NCBI GenBank assembly: GCA_973895155.1
Contig: OZ316896.1
Coordinates: 17,100,754 to 17,164,753, forward strand
Source of the DNA: Marsupella aquatica
Lineage: Eukaryota > Plantae > Marchantiophyta
Reading direction: 5' to 3'
DNA: 64,000 nt
In this document: piece after piece, positions 1-12,175 of the stretch
Layout: every line of letters starts with the position of its first letter
Numbering within the stretch: position 1 is the stretch's first letter
Position numbers and translations under genes: made by a program
Notes under the pieces: model-generated
Database searches by the model: none
What the model saw: the letters and a program-made list of their open reading frames with translations, nothing else
Told to the model about the DNA's origin: nothing

Positions 1-2
1 AA

Positions 3-222
3 TCAGTAAATGGAAAGGCGACCAGCCAGTGCTGCAGCTGCGAGGGTGCCCAGCGTCCGATTGATGCCCTTGCTTAGGGTGAGCCCAACGTTCGCCTCGA
101 GGACCACATCGGCCGTGACCACGGCCCACATCCCGTTCTTGTTGAGGACGCTCAAGGGATGAAACAGAGGATGGAGCATATCGACGCCGAGAGGCCCACC
201 TTGGCCGGGAGGTTGAAGGAAC
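3..222 (-). pseudogene. ALMT (aluminium-activated malate transporter) family gene fragment, frameshifted
   Basis: PLSVLNKNGMWAVVTADVVLEANVGLTLSKGINRTLGTLAA matches the ALMT WAVxTxxVVxExxVGxTLxKGxNRxLGT motif. The preceding ALMT motif (AKVGLSASICSILCFI) is in a different frame, and a stop follows at 3-5. Confidence 0.7.
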
Positions 223-1845
223 CCAGCCGAACTAAGTACCGTACACTGATGTGAAACTTCGCAAAATTGAGAGACTGAGAATGGCATGCCATGCCATGTC
301 AGTAATATGTATCTACGCAAAATCGATTGGCAATAGGGGTTTTCGTGTCTAAGCCCAAAACTGCTCTCCCCCTATATCTTGCCTGCTGCAAAATCGGTTC
401 ACGGAACCTATAATTTACCCACAGAAACGGAAATCACATCCAAACCCTTCTACCTTTCTATCTACCCGTTCCCCAGCTGCAAAAACCAATCTCCACCCGA
501 CCGAATCGCTCTCGTGTGCGCCCAGGGACAGCTATCAGCCCAGAACCGGGGCCCTACGAACATCATTCTCGGCACAAAGAGAAGTGGGAGCAATTTGTAT
601 TGCATGCAATGCGCCACAACAGCTGCTACAGAAGAGAGGCATCGCAGACACTCACCAATGATGACTCCAAATACGAAAGTGCCCAAAGTTTTGTACTTCC
701 CACCAGTGATCAATCACACAAATTCATCCCATCCCGCAGCACAAATCCGTGTCTGCCCACAATCCACTCTCTTGCCCTCTTCCAAATTAGATCGAGAGCA
801 ATTTGCAACGATCTCTGACTGCTCCAGCCTCATCAGGGAACAATCAACGAGGCAAATCAGCTCAAGACTTCCCCATTCTTGTGAATAAAAAGTACTCAAC
901 TTTTAGCAAACCTGCTCCTCAAGAAAGGGTAAAGTATTGGTGGACGAGGGCTCTAATCAATGAGTGGATCTTCAGGCTGAGAGTCTACAGTCTGAGCATT
1001 GTGCGAAGGCAAGTTTCCTCAATGCCGATGAGTTTGGCAGTACTCACAAAAGAAGACCTTCAAAATCCCAAGTGCCACTCTAGAAACTCTAGAAACTTCG
1101 TGTGCAGCTGGAAATGCGAGTGGTGTGAGCGGATATTCTAGAACGCCGTTAGAGCTCAAATTCCTCACTGCAGTCCTGTACTCTGTATATATAGCTGTCT
1201 AATAAAATGGGATCCAAGGCATATACGTATCTAATGAACAATGATAAGGGCTCTATACCATGACTCTTGGGCTTAGCAATAGTTGGGGTGGAGCTGGAAA
1301 TGGGCTCACCACTCATTTATGTGCATTGGGGCTAATTATTTATGCTCAACCCATAGTCTTCAATAATAAGCTTGCAATTTACTTAATGGGACCCCATATA
1401 CAATCGGGCATTCAGGCAGGCATTTTTAAGATTTGCTCGTCCCATAGTCCCTTTTGAAAATAGCCTTGATATTCACTTAGTGGGACCTGAAATAGAATGG
1501 ACATTCAGTATTTCCTAATTGTCTCTTTCCATCTTCCCCTCTTTCTAAAATAGGCTTGCAATTTAGGTAGTGGTACCCAAATAGAATCCCCCTCCCCCCC
1601 CCCCTAACAAGACCCCATAAGTCCTGAATCTATTAGTGAGACCCAAAAATAGTGGTTAACTCCTGCTTGAAGAGGGCTTCTTATTTACAGTGAGGGTGGC
1701 TTGCGAAACAGGGGGAGGGGTGGATTGGGAGTTAAAGTTGCAAATGTGGGATCACCTGTGTTTTTTTATGGGAGTGTGCTTGAGTGAACATGGGAGCAAG
1801 TAGGGAGCACAAGATTGCAATTGCCAATCACATTAATTGACTACC

Positions 1846-2185
1846 TGTTGAGCATAGACGACATTCGCAATGGCAAGCCCATGAACCATCCAACACACAA
1901 GAGTCGACATAGAGAGATACGTGGTTCACCTCCACATGAGGCTACGTCCATGGGAACACACAAGAGCTTTATTGCACTCTAGGCCGACCGGCCATGCCAA
2001 ACATCCACAGCACAAGCTCTCCCTATCTCTCAACTAGCTCCGTACAATGAGCCTAAGTTCCACCCAGGGTCTGGCATCAGCCCTGGCTATATGCACAATA
2101 GCACTACCGCTAACATTAGCTAAGTCCTAACCCGAGTTAGAGTGTGGTTAGCTCATGAGTCATAAGACTAGAGCAATACTTAACA
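1846..2185 (-). repeat. 3' LTR (340 bp) of the copia element
   Basis: Plus strand reads TGTTG...TAACA. The PPT AAGGGGGAGTT (minus strand, 2186-2196) lies immediately 5' of it in element orientation. 2031-2185 aligns to 5091-5248. Confidence 0.9.
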
Positions 2186-2392
2186 AACTCCCCCTTGACT
2201 CTTATCTTGGGGACTGGACTAAATGCAACCATATGGAATCCTCAGTGGGAAGTTCTAGACAATCACCAAACTAGGTCTCCCCCTAAAAACCATAAGGGTT
2301 AACTAAGGGTTAACTAGAACTAAGCCGTAGCCAAACAAGAATGAATAATCCATATACAAATAATCACACATTGCTAAATAACTCTACTTGTA

Positions 2393-5090
2393 TTACAACT
2401 GCAAAACCTGCAAAGTAGCACGGTGTCTTGAGAAACTCTCCAAAGGAATCACTTTGGTAAAGGCATCAGCAGGATTGAGCTTTCCATCAATTTTGACTAA
2501 CTCAAAAGTTTTATCAGACACTACTTGCTTGATAAAATGGTACCTGATATCAATGTGCTTCACCGTGCTATCCATTACCTGGTTAGCAGCCAAGTGAAGA
2601 GCACTCTGACTATCACAGTTTAGAGTCATTTTGCCATGCTCTAAACCCATCTCCGCAATCAACTTGTCCAACCAAATTGCTTCCTTTGCAGCTTCTGCTG
2701 CTGCAACATACTCTGCTTCTGTAGTAGACTGAGATATACATTTTTGCAAGGTAGATTTTCAACTGATACATCCTCCTCCAAGAGTAAATACAAACCCAGT
2801 TGTAGACCTCCTTGTATCCAGACAGCCTCCATAGTCAGAATCTACATAGCCAACTAACGTTCTATTTGATCTGGCATCAAATAGTAATCCATAGTCCTGT
2901 GTTCTCTTCAGATACCTGAGAATCCACTTCACAGCTCCCCAATGTACCTTCCCTGGATTTGACATGAATTTGCTAACCTTGCCCATCGCTAGGGCCAAGT
3001 CAGGCCTAGTACAAGTCATCAAATATATCAAACTGCCTATTGCCTTCTCATAAGGAATCTTAGCCATCAAACCTTTCTCCACAGCATCCATAGGAGAGAA
3101 AGCTAATGATAACTTGAAATGTGAAGCTAAAGGAATACTCACTGGCTTACAGTTTTCCATGTTGAATCGTGCAAGTACTTTCCTCGCATACTGGCCTTGA
3201 CTCAAGCACAACTGTCCAGTTTCAGAGTTCCTAAAAATCTCCATCCCTAAGATCCTCTTAGCCTTACCAAGATCCTTCATCCTGAATTCAACACTCAATT
3301 TCGCCTTGAGACTGTCAACCTCAGATTGATCTTTAGCCACAATCAACATGTTATCCACATAGATCACCAGAATGATGAAACCAAACACATCATTCTTGAC
3401 TGATTTCGTATACACACAAGGATCATATACCATCATTGTAAAACCTTGAGCAAACATGAAATCATCAAACCGCTTGTTCCATTGTCTGGGAGACTGCTTC
3501 AATCCATACAAGGACTTGAACAATCTGCAAACTAAGTTCTCTTGTCCCTTCTTCATAAAGCCTAGTGGTTGTCTCATGAAGATCAACTCTTCCAAGTTGT
3601 CATAGAGAAAAGCAGTAACAACATCCATCTGATCCATCACCAGACCAAAAAACATAACAAGCTGATACAAGATCCGAATAGTGAAATACTTAGCCACCGG
3701 TGAAAAGACCCATTGTAGTCCACTCCTTTCTCCTGAGTGAACCCATTGGCAACAAGCCTTGCCTTGTAGATCTTATCTCCACCCTCTGAAGGATTGTCCT
3801 TCAACTTGTAAATCCACTTGCTGTCCACCACTTGCTGACTGCTTGGAAGCTCCACCAGCTCCCATGTCTTGTTGTCACTCAAAGATTGCAACTCCCTCTG
3901 CATTGCTGCATTCCACTCATGCTTTTGCTCTGAAGCACAAGCCTCATTGTACAAAGAAGGCTCTCCTTCTTCCAATATCAAAGCCATATCATCTTCATGA
4001 GGTGCAATGTCAATATCATCTAGCTTAGATGAGTCTGCCCATTGACCATACCTGGTAGGAGCTCTAGTAGAACGACTGGAAGTTCTTCTAGTAGATGACT
4101 CAGGCTGATCTGCTACTACTGCTGGTTGAATTTGAGGCACCCCAACAACAATCTGCTCCTCTTGTTCCATCATAGGAACCAGCTCCAAGCCCGAAGCTTC
4201 TTCATCTCTCCTGTCATGAACACCATCATGACTAAACTCCCCCTCAACCCGGTCCGGGATGGGAGATTTCCCCTTGTCAGTATGGAAGTCCTGAGAACTC
4301 TCCCCCTCCTTTGATGATCTGGATTCATTAAATGACACATATCTATTGACAATTAGTTTATAGGTTACTGGATCCCATAAACTATAACCCTTCACACCTT
4401 TATGATAGCCAAGGAAAATGCACTTCTTCGACTTGGACTCCAGCTTGGATCAAAGCTGGGAAGGTGTAAGCACATAAGCATCACATCTAAAAATCCTCAG
4501 ATGTGAGTAATCTGTTGGACGCCTGTACCTCATTTCAAATGGCGTCTTGAATCCAATAGAACTGGATGAAGAAAAATTTACCAAATAAGCTGTAGTGTTG
4601 ACAGTTTCAGCCCAAAACTCATGTGGTAAGCATGATTGACTCAACATACTCCTCGAGCGGTCCAATAGTGTTTGGTTGAGTCTCTCAGAAACACCATTCT
4701 GCTGAGGAGTATAACTTGTTGTGAGATGGCAAGTAATCCCCTACTCCTTACAATACGTTCCAAATTCCTCGGAACTGTATTTACCGCCGTTATCCGATCG
4801 AAGATATCTCACCTTATTACTAGTCTGATTCTCTACTTGGGCTTTCCATTTCTTAAAAATGACAAAAACATCAGACTTATTGTGTAGAAAGTATATCCAC
4901 TGACACATACCTTGAGTAATCGTCTATGAACGTGACATAGTATGACCGTCCAGAATGTGAGGGAGTAGGGGCTGGACACCACACATCACTATGTACATAC
5001 TCAAGTACCTCCTTGCTGATGTGAGTTCCAACTCCGAAGGGTTTCCTGTGCTGCTTCCCAAGCACACAATGCTCACAAAATTCCAATTTA
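2393..5090 (-). pseudogene. copia pol remnant: GAG-pre-integrase/integrase, reverse transcriptase, RNase H
   Basis: Motifs FCEHCVLGKQHR, YVHSDVW, FIDDYSRY, FWAETVNTTAYLVN, KARLVA, QMDVVTAFL, KSLYGLKQSPRQW, YVDNML, STTEAEYVA, KHIDIRYHF and NPADAFTK. The sequence is split over several ORFs by stops and frameshifts. Confidence 0.95.
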
Positions 5091-5248
5091 CAACTAGCTC
5101 CGTAACAATGAGCCTAAGTTTTACCAGGGTCTAGCATCAGCCCTGGCTATATGCACAACACTACCACTAACATTAGCTAAGTCCTAACCTGAGTTAGACT
5201 AACTGTAGTTAGCTCATGAGTCAACAAGACTAAGAGCAATATCTAACA
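5091..5248 (-). repeat. Truncated 5' LTR (outer 158 bp only)
   Basis: Aligns to 2031-2185 and is fused directly to the pre-integrase codons SCKLEFC. PBS, gag and protease are absent. Confidence 0.88.
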
Positions 5249-5614
5249 CTACCCACTTTCCTGGTTGTGAAGTGATCCCCAGGCTGGTACCAGGGTAAAC
5301 CAGCCCTGAAATCCTATCTTGCAAATCCCACTCCCACATTGCAACCCCTAGTTCAGTAGCCAATTCCATTTGGGGGCCCACTAAATAAATTTAAACTAAG
5401 TAGTCTGCAATAAATTTAAACTTGTAACTCAATGCAACTATCTAACCAGCTCTAATAAATTGTCCCCACAAGGATAATTAAGAACGAAAGGCAAGATCGA
5501 GGCTAATCAATGCGATTAGCCTTTATTAACCCCATATGTGACTGCTTGCTGCCCAGTATTTCTAACGTTAATATATAGTTAAATACAAAGAGCGAATCAA
5601 TGTGGACACCAACT

Positions 5615-5687
5615 GCCCCAAGGCTAGTTGGTAGAGGAGCATCCTTTGGGATGCAGCAGGTCCCAGGTTCGAATCTGGTCTGCAACA
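5615..5687 (+). other. tRNA-derived segment (SINE head or tRNA pseudogene)
   Basis: Box-A-like AGGCTAGTTGGT, anticodon-arm-like GCATCCTTTGGGATGC, and box B GGTTCGAATC at 5666-5675. The acceptor stem does not pair and the anticodon loop is short. Confidence 0.55.
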
Positions 5688-6355
5688 ATAGAAGTTTTTG
5701 TCATTCACCCCACCCAAAAGTGGGGATCATTCATACTCTAGTCACACTTAGAAAAAGTGTGACACCGAAAAACAGGCGGGCAGTGGGCAGGCAGCGGGCG
5801 GCTAAAATGGTACAAGAGGCTCATTATGAGCCTCAATCTTGTCTTTCGTCCTGAATCAAGGATAGCCCCAAGCCCATCCTTATAAAACAACTTAATGTTG
5901 AAAAGTCCTTTTCTATGCTTGCTTGACAATATATTCCTTGGGATACAACCAGTAGCCCAGACAGGTTGCCTTGAACAGCCAAATACCTTGAGAGCATTAA
6001 TATAATGAGCTAACTCAACTATATCATGGTAGTCAGATAACACACATGCAACCAAAATGAGTAGTGTGACCCACCAGGGTGAGTGGTTTATGGGATATTC
6101 CCAAGGGATCCAAGTCAAGGGGATTAATATTCCCAAACTCATGAATGGCTGTTCGTTTATCAAATTTAAACCAAAGAGTTGAATATTGTTAAATCTAAAT
6201 GCACAACTCACAGGCTGAGAGAGGGTTAACGTCATCACCCAGTCCAGTCTTGCCATGTCATTGGGCTCTGGCTTCTACCTGCTCCTGTCCACCAGAAAGG
6301 TCATTGAAACAACCCAGTCTACAAATGCAAGAAGCAACTTTTGACACAGGTTTTC

Positions 6356-6855
6356 TATATCGTAAAGTTCTGTTTGCAAGGCATTATGGTATATGATGCT
6401 CTGAAAAACAATACTTTGGCTCAAGTTTTGATGGGCTATTATTGGCCACAATCCTCCGGTAACACGACCTTAAGACACCTCACGGCCTAAGAGATCGTTA
6501 CTTTTACTCATTTTAGTACAAATATGTTAGAGTCTTCCTAATTAATTGATCCAGATCTTGAGTGTGGATTCTTCTCTAATAATGCCTTGAAAAATACAAG
6601 GAGAAAAATCAGTATACAGTAAAGTCTTGTTTGGAGGGCATTATGGGATTTAATGCCCCCAAACTACTGTAGAACTTTAGCTTGAGTTTTGAGAGGCTTT
6701 TATTGCCCATAATGCTCCAAAAACAGGACCTTAGTACCCTTGAAGTCCTGAGAGGTTTTTACAAGTTGAGTAGAATATTTTCAAAGAGATGATCCCGATC
6801 TTGGGCAGGGTATTATGCTCCAGAATGCCCTGAAAAATAAGAACAGAAAATTTGC
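6356..6855. repeat. Two diverged tandem ~255-bp units, each containing a ~110-bp TIR-bounded MITE-like core
   Basis: Unit 2 has taaagtcttgtttggagggcattatggg (6620-6648) inverted to cccataatgctccaaaaacaggacctta (6706-6733). Unit 1 is a decayed version. Related hairpins occur at 13600 and 49079. Confidence 0.55.
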
Positions 6856-8960
6856 AAAGGGCATTCAGTGGGAGAAAAATACCAATTTACAGTAGAGGGC
6901 TAAACAAAGTGCAATGGAGCAAAAGCAGATGACATGTTCAGCTTCAAATACAGGAGTGATCCGTTGTGGTAGTGTGTGGTCTTGGTTCTTTGGCTAAACT
7001 ATGATTCTTCTCAGCAACAAATGCTGTCGTTCTGCAAAGTGGCAGCAGTTCTCATCGTTGAGACACATGCCCCCTCCAGACCGCACCTTTTGCATCCGTT
7101 CAGCTTATGCTGCTGGCCCCCCAAGGATATGCTGAGCTTCCAGAATATCCCATCACCCACGTCCAACTGTGATGGCTCCCGACAAAGCAAGACTTGCAGA
7201 GCTGAAAAGAAAAGCAACCAGTGGAGTGCCACGAATGTCTCAAGCGTGCTCTCCCTACTGAATTGTCTGCCATAGCTCCAGTCTACCCTTCATCTTGGCT
7301 TACTGCACTTAATTAACATGAGCCAACCCATATTTTCAAAGTAAAGGAGGGTCACTACTTTCATTACCTTGACACCAGCTCACCTCCTTATCAACTCCAG
7401 TACACTCAGAATTGAGAGAAAATCATTTTTGATCCACAGCTATTCTTTTTCTGAGGAAATCTGTGTAATAAACCTTTGACCTTAGCCAGTGGTTTTTCTT
7501 GGCTCATGATTCAGGCTGAGTGTCAAGAGAATACAGTACATAAATCTCTTCTAATGCAGCGAATGAGTGCAATCGGGAGTCACTGTCATGGTGGCTGTCA
7601 ACAATCTTGGCGCAAGACCCACCATTCGCCATGCTTGCAGCAGACCAAGGACGTGCATGCCATCGTTACTCACAGGCAGTACACTAAAAGTCTCTTAGGA
7701 ATTGGAGTCTTCTATCCCTGTAATCCCGCTAGCGGAAGTTTCATTAAGGCCCAAGTAGCACATCCCCGCAGCGATCTTGCCTGAATGTTACTCTAGAGCT
7801 TTCATTCCAATGGAGAAATGCTTTGCAGCACCTATGGAAGAAGGGTCCAGGTTAGAATTCTTAGATTATCAACTTGAAGGGGAATATCCCAGTAGTCATA
7901 GAACGCGCCATGAGCTGAAGTCGTTTACAATAATCAATAGGCAACTCCAGAGCCACACCCTGGTTGCTGATTATTTAGGACAGCCAGGACTAAGCATTGG
8001 GCTGCTTCAAGTAGCGTAGCAGCATTCCACTATTCAGTGCAACCACGATGGTGGGCAAGGCATTTTCAGTTCAAAAGACAACCATAACTGGTCGACGCAA
8101 ATGGACATGACCTGCCGCTTATTGGCACACATGTTACCAGAACACCTAAATTCCAACACCAAATTCTGAGAAGATGCTGGCAACTGAGAGTACTGGTTGA
8201 CCAAGGTATCCAGCCACTGCAGTCCGAAGCCACACTAGCGAACGACAACTTTAGCCACGTAAAGCGAGAACCATAAGAGGTGTAAAAAGAAAAAAATTCA
8301 GTAGGACTGAAGAAGATTGATTGCGTCGACAGAGAATCACTGTCCTGCCTTTCAAGGGCACGATTTTGCTTTGATCAAAGCCTGGACAGTAGGAGCATCT
8401 TCTCCAGTCAGTATCTAGGAAAAACCGCACTTACGTTGGATAAAATAATCTGAAAATAATTAAGACCTCCTGTACCAAAGCTGTCAGTACCTCCCCCAAA
8501 AATAGCTCCACGGCTGTAACAAGCTAGTACAAGGCTGTGATTGCACAGAGGAAAAATATCCACCTCCTGAAAGCCTGAAAAAGTTTCCAGCCCATACTTT
8601 AATTCAACTACAAGCCCTCACATGCAAGTGACAAGATGACTGTCTTACACAGAACATTGGTGGACGACAGTAACTTCCATTTCAACTCTATCCGCCTTGA
8701 TTTCTTTCATCATTATCTTGAAGAAACTGTTCAGATTGTCCACATTGGAAACCTTAATCGTTCACAACGTATAGTATTCCACCATCAGCATGAGGGCACA
8801 GACCTAAGATAACCCGAACAAGTCAAAACTTCCGGTGCAGTACTTGACCTTGCGATTCCAAATCGACTTTATGCTCTGACACAGCCAGGGAAATGATGAC
8901 GAATCTCCTAGAACGCTCTTCCGCCTCATATTTCACTCGCTTGTTTCTCCTACTTCCTAA

Positions 8961-10978
8961 TCAGACTTTTTGCCTGTCATTCCAGCGCATAAGGAATGAT
9001 TTTCCAGCTTCATACGTTGACCAGCAAATGGCAGCGGCCGGAGTATGAAACAAAATTCTAGGTCGAATGCCTCTTAGCAATGCTCCAGGGCCCTCTTGCT
9101 TCACAATTTTTCTGGCAACATACAGCACTGATCCATTACGAAATCGTTCTGCACCACCGATACCCTGCACGTACAAAATCAACACAACTTAATTTTGAGC
9201 GGCCATCTATAGTTGATTTATCCGCTATGTCCATGGTATTGTCATACGGTCATGAAGCACGCTTCTAGCATTACGAAGACAAGATCTGATAGCATTGAGG
9301 TGAACCTCGTTCGTTTAGAATTGTCTTAAAAAAGAGTTACAAGAGGAGCTGTCATATTAGGACCAACGTAGAAACCGAAGCTCCCTGTCAATCCAACTCA
9401 TCAAAATTCACAAGACGTTGGACGATAGGCATGTTCAAAATTACATATTGTCCAGGATACCCCCGAAGCGTCCCAAGCACCACAGAATTTATTTCCGAAG
9501 TACAGACTGATGTCAATATTAAGAACAAAAATATAAGAATGCAGAGAATAAGTTCCAGTTGTCGACTCAGAATATGAAACGCATACCTGCAATTGCAAGC
9601 GTGTCTTTATAACATCTAATGGGGTAGTCACTGCGCTGGCAAGAGCCCCGGCTGAACCACCCGCTGTGATATGCATCAACAAATTTTCCTGTGACATACC
9701 AGTAGCAATCTTAGAGTTGGGAACTCTAAGATTAAACATGCTATCAAAAAGAACATGATTCCAAAAAAGCAAAATTCAAGTCATTGCAAGGAAGCAAATA
9801 GGACATTAACATGTGACTCCACAAGAAGACCATAGTGTTCACAAACAAGAAAAGAAAAAAGGAAAAAAAGCACTTGTCTTCATAACAACAGCGAGCTAGT
9901 CGACCTAAAAAAGGCAGTTACTCTTAAAATTGAACTCCAAGACGGTGAAGACTGGTTATGATTTAGCAAAATGCATCATTTCTTGGCAAGACAAATCTAC
10001 ATCGGAAGACTTTCCAATTTGCAGACGTTAGGAGTCTGCAGATTGAAAGAGGATCACAAATTCTCCAAACAATGAGAGCGTAACAGGAGGACTGCACGAG
10101 AGACCCATGAAAGAAATGAACATCCATCAATATTTCCAGGATGAGGAAACCCGTCAGAGAAGTTAGGTCTGCGAAAACTACAGTACCTCATTCGCCTTGT
10201 CTGGCGAGAGCTCCATGAAAAGTTTCTTAGCGGCCTCATACGAAGCAAAATGAACGGCAGTGAAAGGGACATTCATGACAACGGTCGTCCGATACGACAC
10301 ATAGAACGCTCTCAACCCCTCCTCTCTCAGCATAGTCCTAATACAATCCATCAATCCTTTATAAGGGCTCCGCCGCACTTGCAATCTCTGCTTGACAACG
10401 TCCATGGGAGTGAACACCGCATCGCTAGCAATTGTGGCAAGCCCACCTGCTGCGGCGTGAGCTAGCGGATGGTGTCCTTCTGCGTTGCCACCCAGTTTCT
10501 CCTTCGCAGTTTCATACACGGAAAAATAAACTGCATGGGCAGGCCCGGCTCCAAGACCCATAGCTCCAATTCCCCTGTACAACCCCAGAGGCCCCTCCGT
10601 TTTCAGGATTGTTAAGAGCGCTCGAAAAATCGTGGTGTGGACGGATCCCCCGGCGCTTGCCAGCATCTGCATGCGTGTCTTCAGAGTATCCACGGGGAAC
10701 ATCGCCATGTGCTCTACCATTCCTGCCACTGATCCAGCTAGCATGTACTGCCGAAACCCTAGTCCATCAAACCCTGTTGCTGCTGCTGCCACCGCTGCGC
10801 CAGTGCCATCTGCAGTTGGCACGCCGATTCTCTGTTGTTGTTGCTGGAAAATCCCCTCTGTGTGCATTGCATGCGGCAAGAGTGTCGCCTTCCCTTCCCC
10901 CCCATAGCTCGTGGACGCCTGCGTAGAGTTGTGAGCCCTCAGGATCCTCTCCCGTAGCTCTGACGCTGCCTGAGGCAT
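8961..10978 (-). CDS. Mitochondrial carrier family protein, mitoferrin-like (MRS3/4, MIT-type iron carrier), ~365 aa
   Basis: Exons 10978-10187, 9688-9587 and 9164-8961 have GT-AG boundaries and consistent phase. Three Px[DE]xx[KR]xRxQ motifs (FPVDTLKTRMQ, TPMDVVKQRLQ, TPLDVIKTRLQ), plus mitoferrin-typical GAGPAHAVYF and PAAAICWSTYE. Confidence 0.93.
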
Positions 10979-12175
10979 TGTTAAGGAGCTGCTCTGCTCT
11001 GCTCTGAATGGAACGAGTGGAAGAAGTGACCCCACAGAGAAGAGGAGAAGAAGAAGGAAGGAAAGGATTTCTTAAATCCTTCCTCTCCCCTCCCCTCCTC
11101 CTTCCACCCTTCCTGTTCTCCCTGCAACTACTCCCTCCTAGCATTTCCCTTCAAGATTCTTCTTCCATCTCATCTCCTGAATCAATCTGGTTCCAACACT
11201 GCGAAGGCACCAATCTCCCTCCCGCATCCAGTCCAATCCAGTCCAAACTCCAGTACCAATCTCCTTCTTCTAGTACTTGGTCAATGCCCAAATCCAGTAT
11301 CAACCAATCCCCTTCTAGTAGTTGGTCGATTAGTTCTCGACACAACAGTAGAACAAACAATGCAGTGTGCTATGTCACAATCAGAGAGTGTCAATTAATC
11401 AGGGAAATCTATCAACCCATGTTTCACTGGCTCCAGTAGCAGACAATCTGCTTAGCGAAATCTCCACCGGGATGGAACGGATACGATGACCAAAGATTGA
11501 AATCCAATTCTCGTCAAATGTCTTTTTCTTTGTGCAGCAGCGTGCCTACCCCATTACTACTACTGCTACTACAGTACTGGACACTGCCCCAAAACGAAAC
11601 GAGGGAGGGATCAGGGACGACTGAATTGCAGTCGAAGGAAGGGCAATCTTAAATTCAATAACAAATCATCCCTCACATTCACACTTCATAAAGTGATGAC
11701 ATACGTAGTTAGTCTACACAGACATGACACTGCCAAACGAAAAAGCAAGAAAGGGCCAAATCTGGATGCATGATCTCAAAGGCAGGGGACAACACAAAGA
11801 GCCCAAATCTGGACACAGAATCCCAAAGACAGAGACCCAGGAAGGGGAGAAAAGCCCCAAGGAAGAAGCACTACTTTCCTAAGAACGTCTCCTGTTTTCT
11901 GATAGGGATTTGATTGAGTGATGGAAAGCAGGGTGGCGGCAATGTGGTGGTGGTAGGCCTGAGAAAAGGGAAAGATTTGTTTGCGTCAACTGTAGTAAGG
12001 TCTAGGGTAGCAGGGAGGGCCGTTTAAGACACGTTCTACAGTCAGAATCGTCAGCAGGTCTTTTTTAGTGTCGAAAATTAGCCAAACTAACCTCCATGCC
12101 TGAGCCTTGCTAATAATATATAGGTCACTGCCCACGTTGCAGAACATACATCGTTGCTTAAAATAGTCCTTAAAT

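Larger units (their letters stand above)
1846..5248 (-). mobile_element. Ty1/copia LTR retrotransposon (Tnt1/Tork-like), internally deleted and non-autonomous
   Basis: TG...CA ends flanked by a perfect 5-bp TSD, CTACC (1841-1845 and 5249-5253). Integrase-RT-RNaseH order on the minus strand. PPT next to the 3' LTR. Confidence 0.93.

Noticed and set aside
379-1141. Overlapping ORFs of 60-169 aa, including a minus frame 899-462 broken by one TGA
   Set aside because: No recognisable domain. The GWDEFV resemblance to B3 domains is too short to support a call.
5615-5687. Functional tRNA-Pro
   Set aside because: The acceptor stem does not pair and the anticodon loop is not 7 nt.
5738-6300. 172-aa minus ORF, and a stop-riddled plus frame with a SWIM-like C...SCHV ending
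   Set aside because: No convincing motif in either. Possibly transposon debris, but this cannot be supported by eye.
6976-8260. Cluster of short ORFs, one with LRR-like ILRRCWQLRVL
   Set aside because: No consistent exon chain or family signature.
10979-11035. N-terminal extension of the carrier shown in the ORF track
   Set aside because: It starts at GTG. The first in-frame ATG is at 10978.
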